A stretch of 40,000 bases of DNA from Megasphaera hexanoica (lineage in GTDB: Bacteria > Bacillota > Negativicutes > Veillonellales > Megasphaeraceae): assembly GCF_043520715.1 (NCBI RefSeq), contig NZ_CP171361.1, positions 1,057,941-1,097,940 of the forward strand, written 5' to 3'. The position numbers and the translations under genes were made by a program. Of this stretch, positions 11,912 through 19,364 are shown piece by piece. Under the pieces are notes generated by a model that saw only the letters and a program-made list of their open reading frames with translations, had not been told where the DNA came from and searched no databases. Position 1 is the first letter of the stretch. Each line of letters starts with the position of its first letter.

Positions 11912-12386
11912 CCGTTTCTGATGCAACGGAAATTAACGTTTGTTTGATGATGTCAATAGAAAGCTTTCCAACTTTTTCAAGAATTTTCTTGATTTTGACA
12001 ATAGCTACAGTTGAGCTAGGAGATTCATATAAGATCTTATCGATGTTTTTGTTAAAGAAATCAATATCTGATATGGATAAGTTTGACATTTGAATTAATT
12101 CTTTAGCAGCTGAAAGCGCCGAATTTGTCCAAGGGAAAGGATGACCACATTTAATACAATAGGCGGGCGGCTGAGTTAGTCGCAAAGGAACACGTAAAGA
12201 AAATATATCATCACCGTCGGCTAAATCGTAATCGCCACGAATAGACGCATGACAACTGGGACATTCGGTTATCGTAGGAGCACCACAGATATGACAATAC
12301 GTTTCCCTACGTTCGGGGTTATGTTCTATGTTGCCCGTTGTAATATGACCATTCATACAAATTTCAGCAGTATAAAACGTTGGCAT
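11889..12386 (-). CDS. DUF2321-like zinc-ribbon protein (moron on the minus strand)
   Basis: AAGGAGGTG RBS. The N-terminal pattern (C.NGH......E.......C..CGA.TI..CP.C...IRG...........P.YC..CG.P.PW) matches my recollection of the DUF2321 family. Confidence 0.65.
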   Translation of the reverse strand: MPTFYTAEICMNGHITTGNIEHNPERRETYCHICGAPTITECPSCHASIRGDYDLADGDDIFSLRVPLRLTQPPAYCIKCGHPFPWTNSALSAAKELIQMSNLSISDIDFFNKNIDKILYESPSSTVAIVKIKKILEKVGKLSIDIIKQTLISVASETAKRILWP

Positions 12387-12458
12387 AACATCACCTCCTT
12401 TCGAGATTCATTATATCACGAGAGGAGAAAAGAATTATAAGCAGTAGGAGGAAGAAAC

Positions 12459-12671
12459 ATGGAAAATCCATGGAAAGTGGGATGGAGCGTGGACACGATT
12501 TATTGGTGGGGGTGTAAAAAAAATTACGGGGTATACCGCTTAATTAATCCTGACGAACCGGATCATGTCGGGAACCGGGTAGTGTGGGGCGGATTTGAAA
12601 CAGAAGAGGAAGCTCAAGTGCTAGCAGATGAACTGAATAATGCGGAAAAAGGTGATGATCATGTTAGATGA
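12459..12671 (+). CDS. Hypothetical small protein, MENPW family copy 2
   Basis: TAGGAGGAAG RBS. Paralog of 10294-10488. Confidence 0.65.
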   Translation: MENPWKVGWSVDTIYWWGCKKNYGVYRLINPDEPDHVGNRVVWGGFETEEEAQVLADELNNAEKGDDHVR

Positions 12672-12789
12672 TTTTTACATGGATATCTTGGAATTTTATC
12701 AAAACCCGGAAAACGTCAAAGCATTGGAAGCGTACCGGAAGGGTAGGGAAGTAGAGAAGAAGGGAGAGAAGACGAAAGCCAATGAATAA
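12661..12789 (+). CDS. Possible 42-aa protein
   Basis: The ATG at 12661 overlaps the end of the upstream gene. Part of a chain of three short translationally coupled ORFs. Not in the track (<60 aa). Confidence 0.3.
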   Translation: MLDDFYMDILEFYQNPENVKALEAYRKGREVEKKGEKTKANE

Positions 12790-12892
12790 GAAAGAAAAAG
12801 CCTTTTTGGAAAATAACCTGTATACAGACGCATTGAGATGTCTACGTACAGATGCGGCATTGAAAAATGATAAGAGCAAAAAAGCCGTATAA
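12782..12892 (+). CDS. Possible 36-aa protein
   Basis: The ATG at 12782 overlaps the upstream stop (ATGAATAA). Same coding strand as its neighbours. Confidence 0.3.
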   Translation: MNKKEKAFLENNLYTDALRCLRTDAALKNDKSKKAV

Positions 12893-13011
12893 TGGCCAAT
12901 GCTGCCAAAGTTGCTCTTGCAGAAGCGGAATATATTGGCAAGTATTTTAGGCTAGATGTTGAAGGTATCAAGGCAAGAGCTAAAGAAACGTTTGAATTGC
13001 AGAAAGGGTAA
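12892..13011 (+). CDS. Possible 39-aa protein
   Basis: TAATG stop-start overlap at 12890-12894. It ends 3 nt before the next gene. Confidence 0.3.
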   Translation: MANAAKVALAEAEYIGKYFRLDVEGIKARAKETFELQKG

Positions 13012-13014
13012 ATC

Positions 13015-13368
13015 ATGAAAACACTGAAAATATATGATCAGAAATTACATGACCATCATCCAACTGCGCTGATGCCGGCGAAAAAAGCAAAAGCGGTCCG
13101 ACTGGGGATAACCATTTTGCTGGCATTTGGCATTGGAGTTTATGCCGGAACTGGGATAGGGAACGGCGGGGGACAGGTGGCAACAGTGGCCGCCGATGAT
13201 GCGGATGTTCACATTGTCGCCGACGGCGAAACATTATGGGATATTGCCCGTGGTATTGCAGATGTCCGCGGGCAGGATATTAGGGAAACTATTTACGAGC
13301 TCCAAATCAATAATGATATTGGAGACAATGACAATCTGCAACCAGGGCAAAGAATCATCATCCGGTGA
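13015..13368 (+). CDS. Membrane-anchored LysM-domain protein
   Basis: N-terminal TM segment (ITILLAFGIGVYAGTGIG). The C-terminal part has the LysM pattern (HIVADGETLWDIA......LQPGQRIII). Confidence 0.7.
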   Translation: MKTLKIYDQKLHDHHPTALMPAKKAKAVRLGITILLAFGIGVYAGTGIGNGGGQVATVAADDADVHIVADGETLWDIARGIADVRGQDIRETIYELQINNDIGDNDNLQPGQRIIIR

Positions 13369-13380
13369 GGAGAGAGCGCT

Positions 13381-13617
13381 ATGAAGAAAATCAGTAAAGA
13401 CGCATTGAAACGCATGCTCATGCAACTCGTTGGCTGGCATATGTTGCCAGGCGGAGTTGATAATATGCTGGTTGATACGGTATATAAGCAGGTGACAAGC
13501 GGCACATGGGGTAATGGAAATCCAAAGAGGATTTTCAAAGCCGACGGATACTATTGTGTTCAGTACCAGAATGGGATGTGGTGGCACTATGATTTGATTA
13601 ACAAGTTATGGTTTTAA
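13381..13617 (+). CDS. Hypothetical protein
   Basis: GGTGAGGAGAG RBS. ORF of 78 aa on the operon strand. Confidence 0.55.
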   Translation: MKKISKDALKRMLMQLVGWHMLPGGVDNMLVDTVYKQVTSGTWGNGNPKRIFKADGYYCVQYQNGMWWHYDLINKLWF

Positions 13618-13632
13618 TGGGAGCGTGAATCG

Positions 13633-13800
13633 ATGAAGAATTGGTATAAACCGGGGCCGGTCCGGGTATCTCACATAGAGCCGGACCCGCGTCCCCAAAA
13701 GCCGAAACGAGACTGGAAGACAGATAGCGATGTTATGGATTACCAGGCGAAAAACATAGAAAAAGTTAGGAAGCGTCTGGAACGCACCAAGAGAAAATGA
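13633..13800 (+). CDS. Possible 55-aa basic protein
   Basis: The ATG at 13633 follows GGGAGCGTG. Its stop overlaps the next start (ATGA at 13797-13800). Confidence 0.4.
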   Translation: MKNWYKPGPVRVSHIEPDPRPQKPKRDWKTDSDVMDYQAKNIEKVRKRLERTKRK

Positions 13801-13994
13801 AACGCTGCTATTACTGTCGCAAGAAATTGACCGGGCGGATACATTACGTTGTTACTCCGTCCGGGAACTTGGCCCCTGTCTGTGCTGATGACCGGGAATG
13901 TAAGCCGCGTGGCATATCGTGCCATGGCGACAGGCCAAAATGCAAACATCAGCCTAAAAACAAGGTACTCCATAAAAATAAAAGGAGGGATTGA
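13797..13994 (+). CDS. Hypothetical Cys-containing small protein
   Basis: Translationally coupled to the upstream ORF. Contains CYYC...C....C. Confidence 0.5.
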   Translation: MKRCYYCRKKLTGRIHYVVTPSGNLAPVCADDRECKPRGISCHGDRPKCKHQPKNKVLHKNKRRD

Positions 13995-13996
13995 AA

Positions 13997-14167
13997 ATGG
14001 TAAATGAAATGGAAAAAGAAAAGAGCATCTCCGATTGCAATCAGACTTTGATAGCAGAAATTGTAGAGCTTGAAGAAGATGCCCGTTATACGAAAACCGG
14101 GGTTTTAATTAGCATCGCAGTTGTTTTAATTTTGCTAGCTATTGCAGAGATTATTTCAAGTATTTAG
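13997..14167 (+). CDS. Possible 56-aa protein with a C-terminal TM helix
   Basis: AAAGGAGGGA RBS 6 nt before the ATG at 13997. Hydrophobic tail VLISIAVVLILLAIAEII. Confidence 0.45.
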   Translation: MVNEMEKEKSISDCNQTLIAEIVELEEDARYTKTGVLISIAVVLILLAIAEIISSI

Positions 14168-14190
14168 ATGCGGGAAGAAAGGGAAAAGAT

Positions 14191-14373
14191 ATGAAGAAAA
14201 GTCAACCTATATACGGGAGATATGATGGATCACAAAAGAAAATCATCATATTAAATGAACATGAATTAATCAGGGATGCAACTCGAGATCTTTTCAAAAA
14301 GCGTACAGGGCGGAATAACAGCAGGGGGCTGGCCGCGTTAAAGGCGATGATTGTAAGGAGGCACCATAAATGA
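14191..14373 (+). CDS. Hypothetical protein
   Basis: Purine-rich RBS. Its stop overlaps the next start (ATGA). Confidence 0.5.
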   Translation: MKKSQPIYGRYDGSQKKIIILNEHELIRDATRDLFKKRTGRNNSRGLAALKAMIVRRHHK

Positions 14374-14666
14374 AATATATTGTAAAACTATTTATCGTGA
14401 TTATGGCAGCTTATTTTGCTGTCGTTGTAATAGGCGGGTCATTTGTTGGAACGATTACGAAGCACTTCGGCGGCAATATGACAATCGAACTGGAAGCCGG
14501 CCAAAAATTAGAGCCATACACGGTACAGTGGGAGCCGGGCAGCGGAAATATTTGGTATTTAACGGAACCAATGGAAGAAGGATATCAGCCTAAAAAATAT
14601 GAATTTAAGGAAAAATCAAACTTAGGCGCCATGGAAGGTAAGATTACATTTATTGAAACGAGATGA
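14370..14666 (+). CDS. Hypothetical protein with an N-terminal TM or signal anchor
   Basis: N-terminus LFIVIMAAYFAVVVIGG. Translationally coupled on both sides. Confidence 0.55.
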   Translation: MKYIVKLFIVIMAAYFAVVVIGGSFVGTITKHFGGNMTIELEAGQKLEPYTVQWEPGSGNIWYLTEPMEEGYQPKKYEFKEKSNLGAMEGKITFIETR

Positions 14667-17182
14667 AAAAAATGGATGCAGAATATAGAAAATTTCTAGA
14701 ATCTAAAGTTGTCCAGGCACCGAAATCGGGATTTACCATCTCAAGCGCGGAAATCAACCCCGCGCTAAAACCCCACCAGCGGGACGCGGTACAATGGGCC
14801 GTAGCCGGTGGCCGGCGGGCCCTTTTCGAAGCCTTCGGACTGGGCAAGTCGGTACAGCAGCTGGAATGGTGCCGGATTATTACAGAGTACATCAAAAAGC
14901 CGGCGCTTATCATTTGCCCTTTGGGGGTTAAACAGGAATTTTCCCATGATGCGGTACACCTGCTGCATATGGATGCGCCAACCTATGTACGGGATATGGA
15001 TGAAATACGTAGTTGTCAGAAGCATATTATGATTACGAACTATGAGAGAGTGCGGGATGGAAATATAGATCCAACGTACTTTAGCGCTGTCAGCCTCGAT
15101 GAAGCCAGCGTATTACGGAGCTACGGCTCCAAGACATATCAGACGTTTTTAAATAAATTCCAGGGCGTGAAATATAAATTAGTGGCTACGGCAACGCCTT
15201 CACCAAACCGGTACAAAGAATTGATTCATTACGCCGGCTTCCTCGAAATCATGGACACGGCGCAAGCGCTGACACGGTTTTTCCAGCGCGACAGCACGAA
15301 GGCCAACAATCTTACGTTATATCCTCACAAAGAAAAAGAATTTTGGTTGTGGCTATCCACCTGGGCCCTGTTTTTGCAGAAGCCTTCCGATTTGGGATAT
15401 AGCGATGAGGGGTATGATTTGCCACCATTAGATGTACGGTATCACATGCTTGAAGCCTCAAATGTCACGATGACGTATGAAAAAGACGGCCAGGGCAAGA
15501 TGATTCCTGATTTTGCCGTTGGATTATCACAAGCAGCCAGGGTTAAGCGGGAAAGTATCGATATCCGGGTAGCCAAAGCGAAAGAGATTATTGATGAGAG
15601 TCCAGGTGATCATTTTATTATTTGGCATGATTTGGAATCGGAGCGGCATGCAATAAAAAAGACAATCCCAGAGTGCCGGGAAATTTTCGGTTCGCAAGAC
15701 CTGGATAAACGGGAAAAAAACACCATTGATTTTAGTGAAGGCAGATACCGGATTTTGGCAACGAAAAAGGAATTATCCGGAAGCGGCTGTAATTTCCAAA
15801 GGCATTGTCATCGTGAAATATTTTTAGGTATTGATTATGAATTCAATGATTTTATACAGGCCATACACCGTTGCTATCGTTTTTTGCAAGATAAGCCGGT
15901 TGTCATAGACATTATCTATATGGAGCAAGAGCAGGAAATACTCAAGGTCCTAAAGGAAAAATGGCAGCAGTACGACAAACTGACAGAGAACATGGAAAAG
16001 ATCATTAAGCAGTACGGATTGGCGCAAACGGATGCGGTACAGGAGATGAAAAGAAGCATTGGAGTACGACGGATTGAAGTAAAAGGGAAGAACTACCGGG
16101 CCATACATAATGATTGTATTGAAGAACTAGCCACCATGCCGGATAACAGCGTAGATGAAATCATCACATCTATTCCGTTCGGCAATCATTATGAATATTG
16201 CGAATGTTACAACGACCTGGGACATAACGAAAACACGGAACGGTTCTTTAAGCAGATGGATTTCATGACGCCAAATCTTTTGCGGGTGTTGAAGCCGGGG
16301 CGCGTATTCTGCTGCCATGTCAAAGACCGTATATTGTTCGGAAATACGACAGGGACGGGCATGCCCACTGTTGAACCATTTCACGCGTTGACCATCCTGC
16401 ACTATATGAAACATGGTTTCCAGTTTTTCGGAATGATTACCGTAGTTACTGACGTAGTACGGGAAAACAATCAAACATATAGGTTAGGCTGGACGGAAAA
16501 CAGCAAAGATGGCACGAAGATGGGAGTCGGCTGTGAAGAATATGTCTTGCTATTCCGGAAGCTTCCGACAGATACGTCAAATGCATATGCCGATGTACCT
16601 GTAAAAAAAGACAAAAAGGATTACACCCGTGGGCAATGGCAGATAGACGCACACGGATACTGGCGAAGCAGCGGGAACCGGCTTATCTCGAAAGATGAGC
16701 TGGAAGCGATTCCGGTAAAGAATTTGCAGAAAGTGTACAGGCAATTCAGCCGTAGCCATATATACAACTATGAAGAACATGTAAAGTTGGCAAACGAATT
16801 GGATAAGGACGGCAAATTGCCAGCCTCATTTATGGTGGTAGCCCCTGGGAGCTGGAATGAGAGCGTGTGGGATGATATTAACCGTATGAGAACATTGAAC
16901 ACGCAGCAGCGATTAAAAAGAAAGCAGATGCATCTTTGCCCGTTGCAGCTTGATATTGTGGAACGGCTTGTTGATCGCTACAGCAACCCCGGTGAAATTG
17001 TTTTAGATCCGTTTGGAGGATTGATGACGGTCCCTCTAGTAGCCTTAAAAAAAGACCGGAAAGGGATAGGAATAGAATTAAATCCAGACTATTTTCGGGA
17101 TGGACTGGGCTATTTAAAAACAGAAGAGGCAAAGAAGAATGAACCGACATTATTTGATTTTTTAGGTGTAGAGGAGGAGTAA
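14663..17182 (+). CDS. SNF2/DEAD-like helicase domain fused to a beta-class amino (N6-A/N4-C) DNA methyltransferase
   Basis: Helicase motifs: I FGLGKSVQ, II LDEASVLRS, III ATATPSPN, VI QAIHRCYR. Methyltransferase motif IV-like (TSIPFG) precedes motif I (LDPFGGLMTVP), which is the beta-class order. 839 aa. Confidence 0.75.
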   Translation: MKKMDAEYRKFLESKVVQAPKSGFTISSAEINPALKPHQRDAVQWAVAGGRRALFEAFGLGKSVQQLEWCRIITEYIKKPALIICPLGVKQEFSHDAVHLLHMDAPTYVRDMDEIRSCQKHIMITNYERVRDGNIDPTYFSAVSLDEASVLRSYGSKTYQTFLNKFQGVKYKLVATATPSPNRYKELIHYAGFLEIMDTAQALTRFFQRDSTKANNLTLYPHKEKEFWLWLSTWALFLQKPSDLGYSDEGYDLPPLDVRYHMLEASNVTMTYEKDGQGKMIPDFAVGLSQAARVKRESIDIRVAKAKEIIDESPGDHFIIWHDLESERHAIKKTIPECREIFGSQDLDKREKNTIDFSEGRYRILATKKELSGSGCNFQRHCHREIFLGIDYEFNDFIQAIHRCYRFLQDKPVVIDIIYMEQEQEILKVLKEKWQQYDKLTENMEKIIKQYGLAQTDAVQEMKRSIGVRRIEVKGKNYRAIHNDCIEELATMPDNSVDEIITSIPFGNHYEYCECYNDLGHNENTERFFKQMDFMTPNLLRVLKPGRVFCCHVKDRILFGNTTGTGMPTVEPFHALTILHYMKHGFQFFGMITVVTDVVRENNQTYRLGWTENSKDGTKMGVGCEEYVLLFRKLPTDTSNAYADVPVKKDKKDYTRGQWQIDAHGYWRSSGNRLISKDELEAIPVKNLQKVYRQFSRSHIYNYEEHVKLANELDKDGKLPASFMVVAPGSWNESVWDDINRMRTLNTQQRLKRKQMHLCPLQLDIVERLVDRYSNPGEIVLDPFGGLMTVPLVALKKDRKGIGIELNPDYFRDGLGYLKTEEAKKNEPTLFDFLGVEEE

Positions 17183-17186
17183 AACC

Positions 17187-17420
17187 ATGAAATTATTTCA
17201 CAGGATTTTTGGAAAGCAAGAAAGTTTGAAAGCGTGCCCATTTTGTGGAAGCAAGGTAGAAGCCGTGAAAGGGAAAGGAGCATTGCCTATTGTTGCTATT
17301 CGTTGTTTAAATGACAAATGCGGCGCGGATATTATGTTTAACAAATGTGAAACGGATTTAGATGGAGCTATTGAACGTTTTAATCAGCGAACCGTTGAAG
17401 TCATAGAACCGCAAAAATGA
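17187..17420 (+). CDS. Lar-family restriction-alleviation-like zinc protein (copy 1)
   Basis: CPFCGS...C...KCG...AIERFNQR matches the Lar_restr_allev pattern (CPFCG...C..C...A...WN.R). Confidence 0.6.
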   Translation: MKLFHRIFGKQESLKACPFCGSKVEAVKGKGALPIVAIRCLNDKCGADIMFNKCETDLDGAIERFNQRTVEVIEPQK

Positions 17421-17821
17421 AAACGATGAAATGCCCGCTTTGCGGGAAAAACGCGAACAGCTTTGTATATTGTCATAAAGAAAAACAAAGTATTTGTTGG
17501 AATCATTGCAAAGATTGCCAGTATTTTATTTCTATTGATTATTCTTGCAGTTACAAACTATCACTGGTTCAAAAAAAGCTCATTGAACTGCAAGACAGAA
17601 GGAGAAAAGCTAACAAAGAACGCCAGGTCAATGAGTATGCGGTAAACGAACATAAAGCGGTCATGATGCGGCGTGATGCGATTCCTAAAGAAGTAGAACA
17701 TACATCATCGCACTATGATGCGGCAGGAGTTTTAAAAGCAAAAAAAGCGAAAAAGAAGAAAAAAGTACAAATGGCTGCTCAACAAGTGGCGACAACAGTA
17801 GAAGAAGTATCGTTGTTCTAA
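17417..17821 (+). CDS. Cys-rich (zinc-finger-like) protein with a Lys-rich tail
   Basis: CPLCG...C....C..HC..C at the N-terminus and KAKKAKKKKK near the C-terminus. ATGA coupling to the upstream gene. Confidence 0.55.
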   Translation: MKTMKCPLCGKNANSFVYCHKEKQSICWNHCKDCQYFISIDYSCSYKLSLVQKKLIELQDRRRKANKERQVNEYAVNEHKAVMMRRDAIPKEVEHTSSHYDAAGVLKAKKAKKKKKVQMAAQQVATTVEEVSLF

Positions 17822-17828
17822 GAATAAT

Positions 17829-17885
17829 TCCTTATATACATATGTAATGCTATTTTGGATTTACCATTGCATATGCATATAAGGA
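17829..17885. repeat. Large imperfect inverted repeat (16-nt arms TCCTTATATACATATG / CATATGCATATAAGGA, 25-nt loop) in the intergenic region upstream of the Rep-like gene; candidate origin or nick-site hairpin
   Basis: 15 of 16 arm positions are complementary. AT-rich. It lies in a 166-bp non-coding gap, the largest inside the early operon. Confidence 0.45.
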
Positions 17886-17987
17886 TTATCTCTATTTTTT
17901 TATACCGTCTTTGACGGGTTTGCGGGCTTGTAATGGGTTTTATCTTTTCAACCATAGAGAATAATATCCAAATAAGAGGGTGACATC

Positions 17988-18869
17988 ATGATACCGAAGT
18001 CTTTTATCAGAGAGAAAAAAATATATTGTGGAAGTTTTCTTGAAGTGGAGATATACCGGGTATACGATGTCACGAAAAAAGGACGAAAAGAGAAGAAACA
18101 AAAATCATCCTTGAAGATGATCCAGGCAAATGAAAAGAACGCTAAAAAGAAATTGAGAAGAAAAATAGCAGCCAACTTTGATAGGGGGGATTATGTGGTA
18201 CATCTGACATATGCCCCGGAGTTTTTGCCAGACAGTCCGGAAGAGGCTGAGAAGATTTTAACGAACTATATCCGACGGATAAACAACAGGCGCAAAAAAG
18301 AGGGCTTGCCTAAAATGAAGTACATCGCTGTCACGGAATGGAAAGAAAAAGATGGCGGGAAAATATATAGGCTGCATCATCATGTCATCATGGACGGGGC
18401 ACTTTGCCGAGATACCATAGAAGAATTATGGACGGCACCCAGAAGAAAAGGGGAAAAGGTACGTCCGTCGCTGGGATATGTGAATGTGAACAGATTACAG
18501 CCTTCAGAAACAGGATTCACCGACCTGGCGAATTATCTCACCAAAGGCATACCGAATAAAAGACGTTGGCGGGCATCGCAAGGACTAAAGGAACCGGTTG
18601 TTAAAAAATCGGATTATCGTTGGTCCGGGAAAAAACTAAATCAAATGGCGGCCTTAGTTGACGTTCATACCGAGTGGGAAAAACTATATCCGGAATATTG
18701 GTACAGCAAGGCTACAACAAAACTCGATGAAATGCGAGGGTGGATGATTAGTATTGTCATGAGAAAAAAGGAGAGCGATGTAAGAAATGCTAAAAATCGT
18801 CATACCGGGGACATTGCCCGGATTGAACGAATATGTTCGGGCAAATCGTGCAAACGCACGAAAAGGTAG
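17988..18869 (+). CDS. HUH-superfamily rolling-circle Rep-like protein
   Basis: Three motifs in canonical order and spacing: I YVVHLTY (aa 69-75), II RLHHHVIM (aa 128-135, HUH), III LANYLTK (aa 180-186, catalytic Tyr then Lys). AGAGGGTGA RBS. Confidence 0.5.
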   Translation: MIPKSFIREKKIYCGSFLEVEIYRVYDVTKKGRKEKKQKSSLKMIQANEKNAKKKLRRKIAANFDRGDYVVHLTYAPEFLPDSPEEAEKILTNYIRRINNRRKKEGLPKMKYIAVTEWKEKDGGKIYRLHHHVIMDGALCRDTIEELWTAPRRKGEKVRPSLGYVNVNRLQPSETGFTDLANYLTKGIPNKRRWRASQGLKEPVVKKSDYRWSGKKLNQMAALVDVHTEWEKLYPEYWYSKATTKLDEMRGWMISIVMRKKESDVRNAKNRHTGDIARIERICSGKSCKRTKR

Positions 18870-19164
18870 CAGAATGAGCCGTGACGCACATATGCTATGT
18901 AAACTGGGCATGATTAAAGTGAGAGACTGTCGTATTGACAAAGTAAAAATTGTGTTTAGGTGGATTGAGCCGAACCGCCGCCGTGACAAAGACAATATAT
19001 CATTTGCCAAAAAATTTATTTTAGATAGTTTGCAGGAAGTGGGCATTATTAAGAATGATGGGTGGGATGAAATTATCAGCTTCCGGGATGAGTTTTATCT
19101 AGATCGGAAGAATCCAAGAGTAGAAGTATATATTTTTGCACCCGACGAGAAAGAGATGGTGTAA
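18787..19164 (+). CDS. rusA: RusA-family Holliday junction resolvase
   Basis: Pattern PGLNEY......R...........RRDKDNISFAKKFILDSLQEVGIIKNDGW (D.DN..K...D.L...G...D signature). The 5' end overlaps the upstream ORF by 83 nt. Confidence 0.7.
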   Translation: MLKIVIPGTLPGLNEYVRANRANARKGSRMSRDAHMLCKLGMIKVRDCRIDKVKIVFRWIEPNRRRDKDNISFAKKFILDSLQEVGIIKNDGWDEIISFRDEFYLDRKNPRVEVYIFAPDEKEMV

Positions 19165-19350
19165 ATGACAGAATCGAGAAGTAAGGTCTTGAAACGTTGC
19201 CCTTTTTGTGGTACGCGCAAGCCTGTCATGCTGTGGAGCGGCGGAAGCCAGGTATATTACGTCTTCTGTACTAATTGCCGGGCCAAAGGCGGGTGGAGCA
19301 AGTCACGGGAAGAAGCGGCCGAATTATGGAACGCGAGAGTTTGGAAATAG
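19165..19350 (+). CDS. Lar-family restriction alleviation protein (copy 2)
   Basis: RCPFCG.....YYVFCTNCRAKGG..KSREEAAELWNAR is a close match to the Lar family pattern. Confidence 0.75.
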   Translation: MTESRSKVLKRCPFCGTRKPVMLWSGGSQVYYVFCTNCRAKGGWSKSREEAAELWNARVWK

Positions 19351-19364
19351 GAAGAAGGTAGACT

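Noticed and set aside
18684-19046. 120-aa minus-strand ORF overlapping the Rep-like and RusA genes
   Set aside because: It is antisense to two motif-supported genes and has no RBS.
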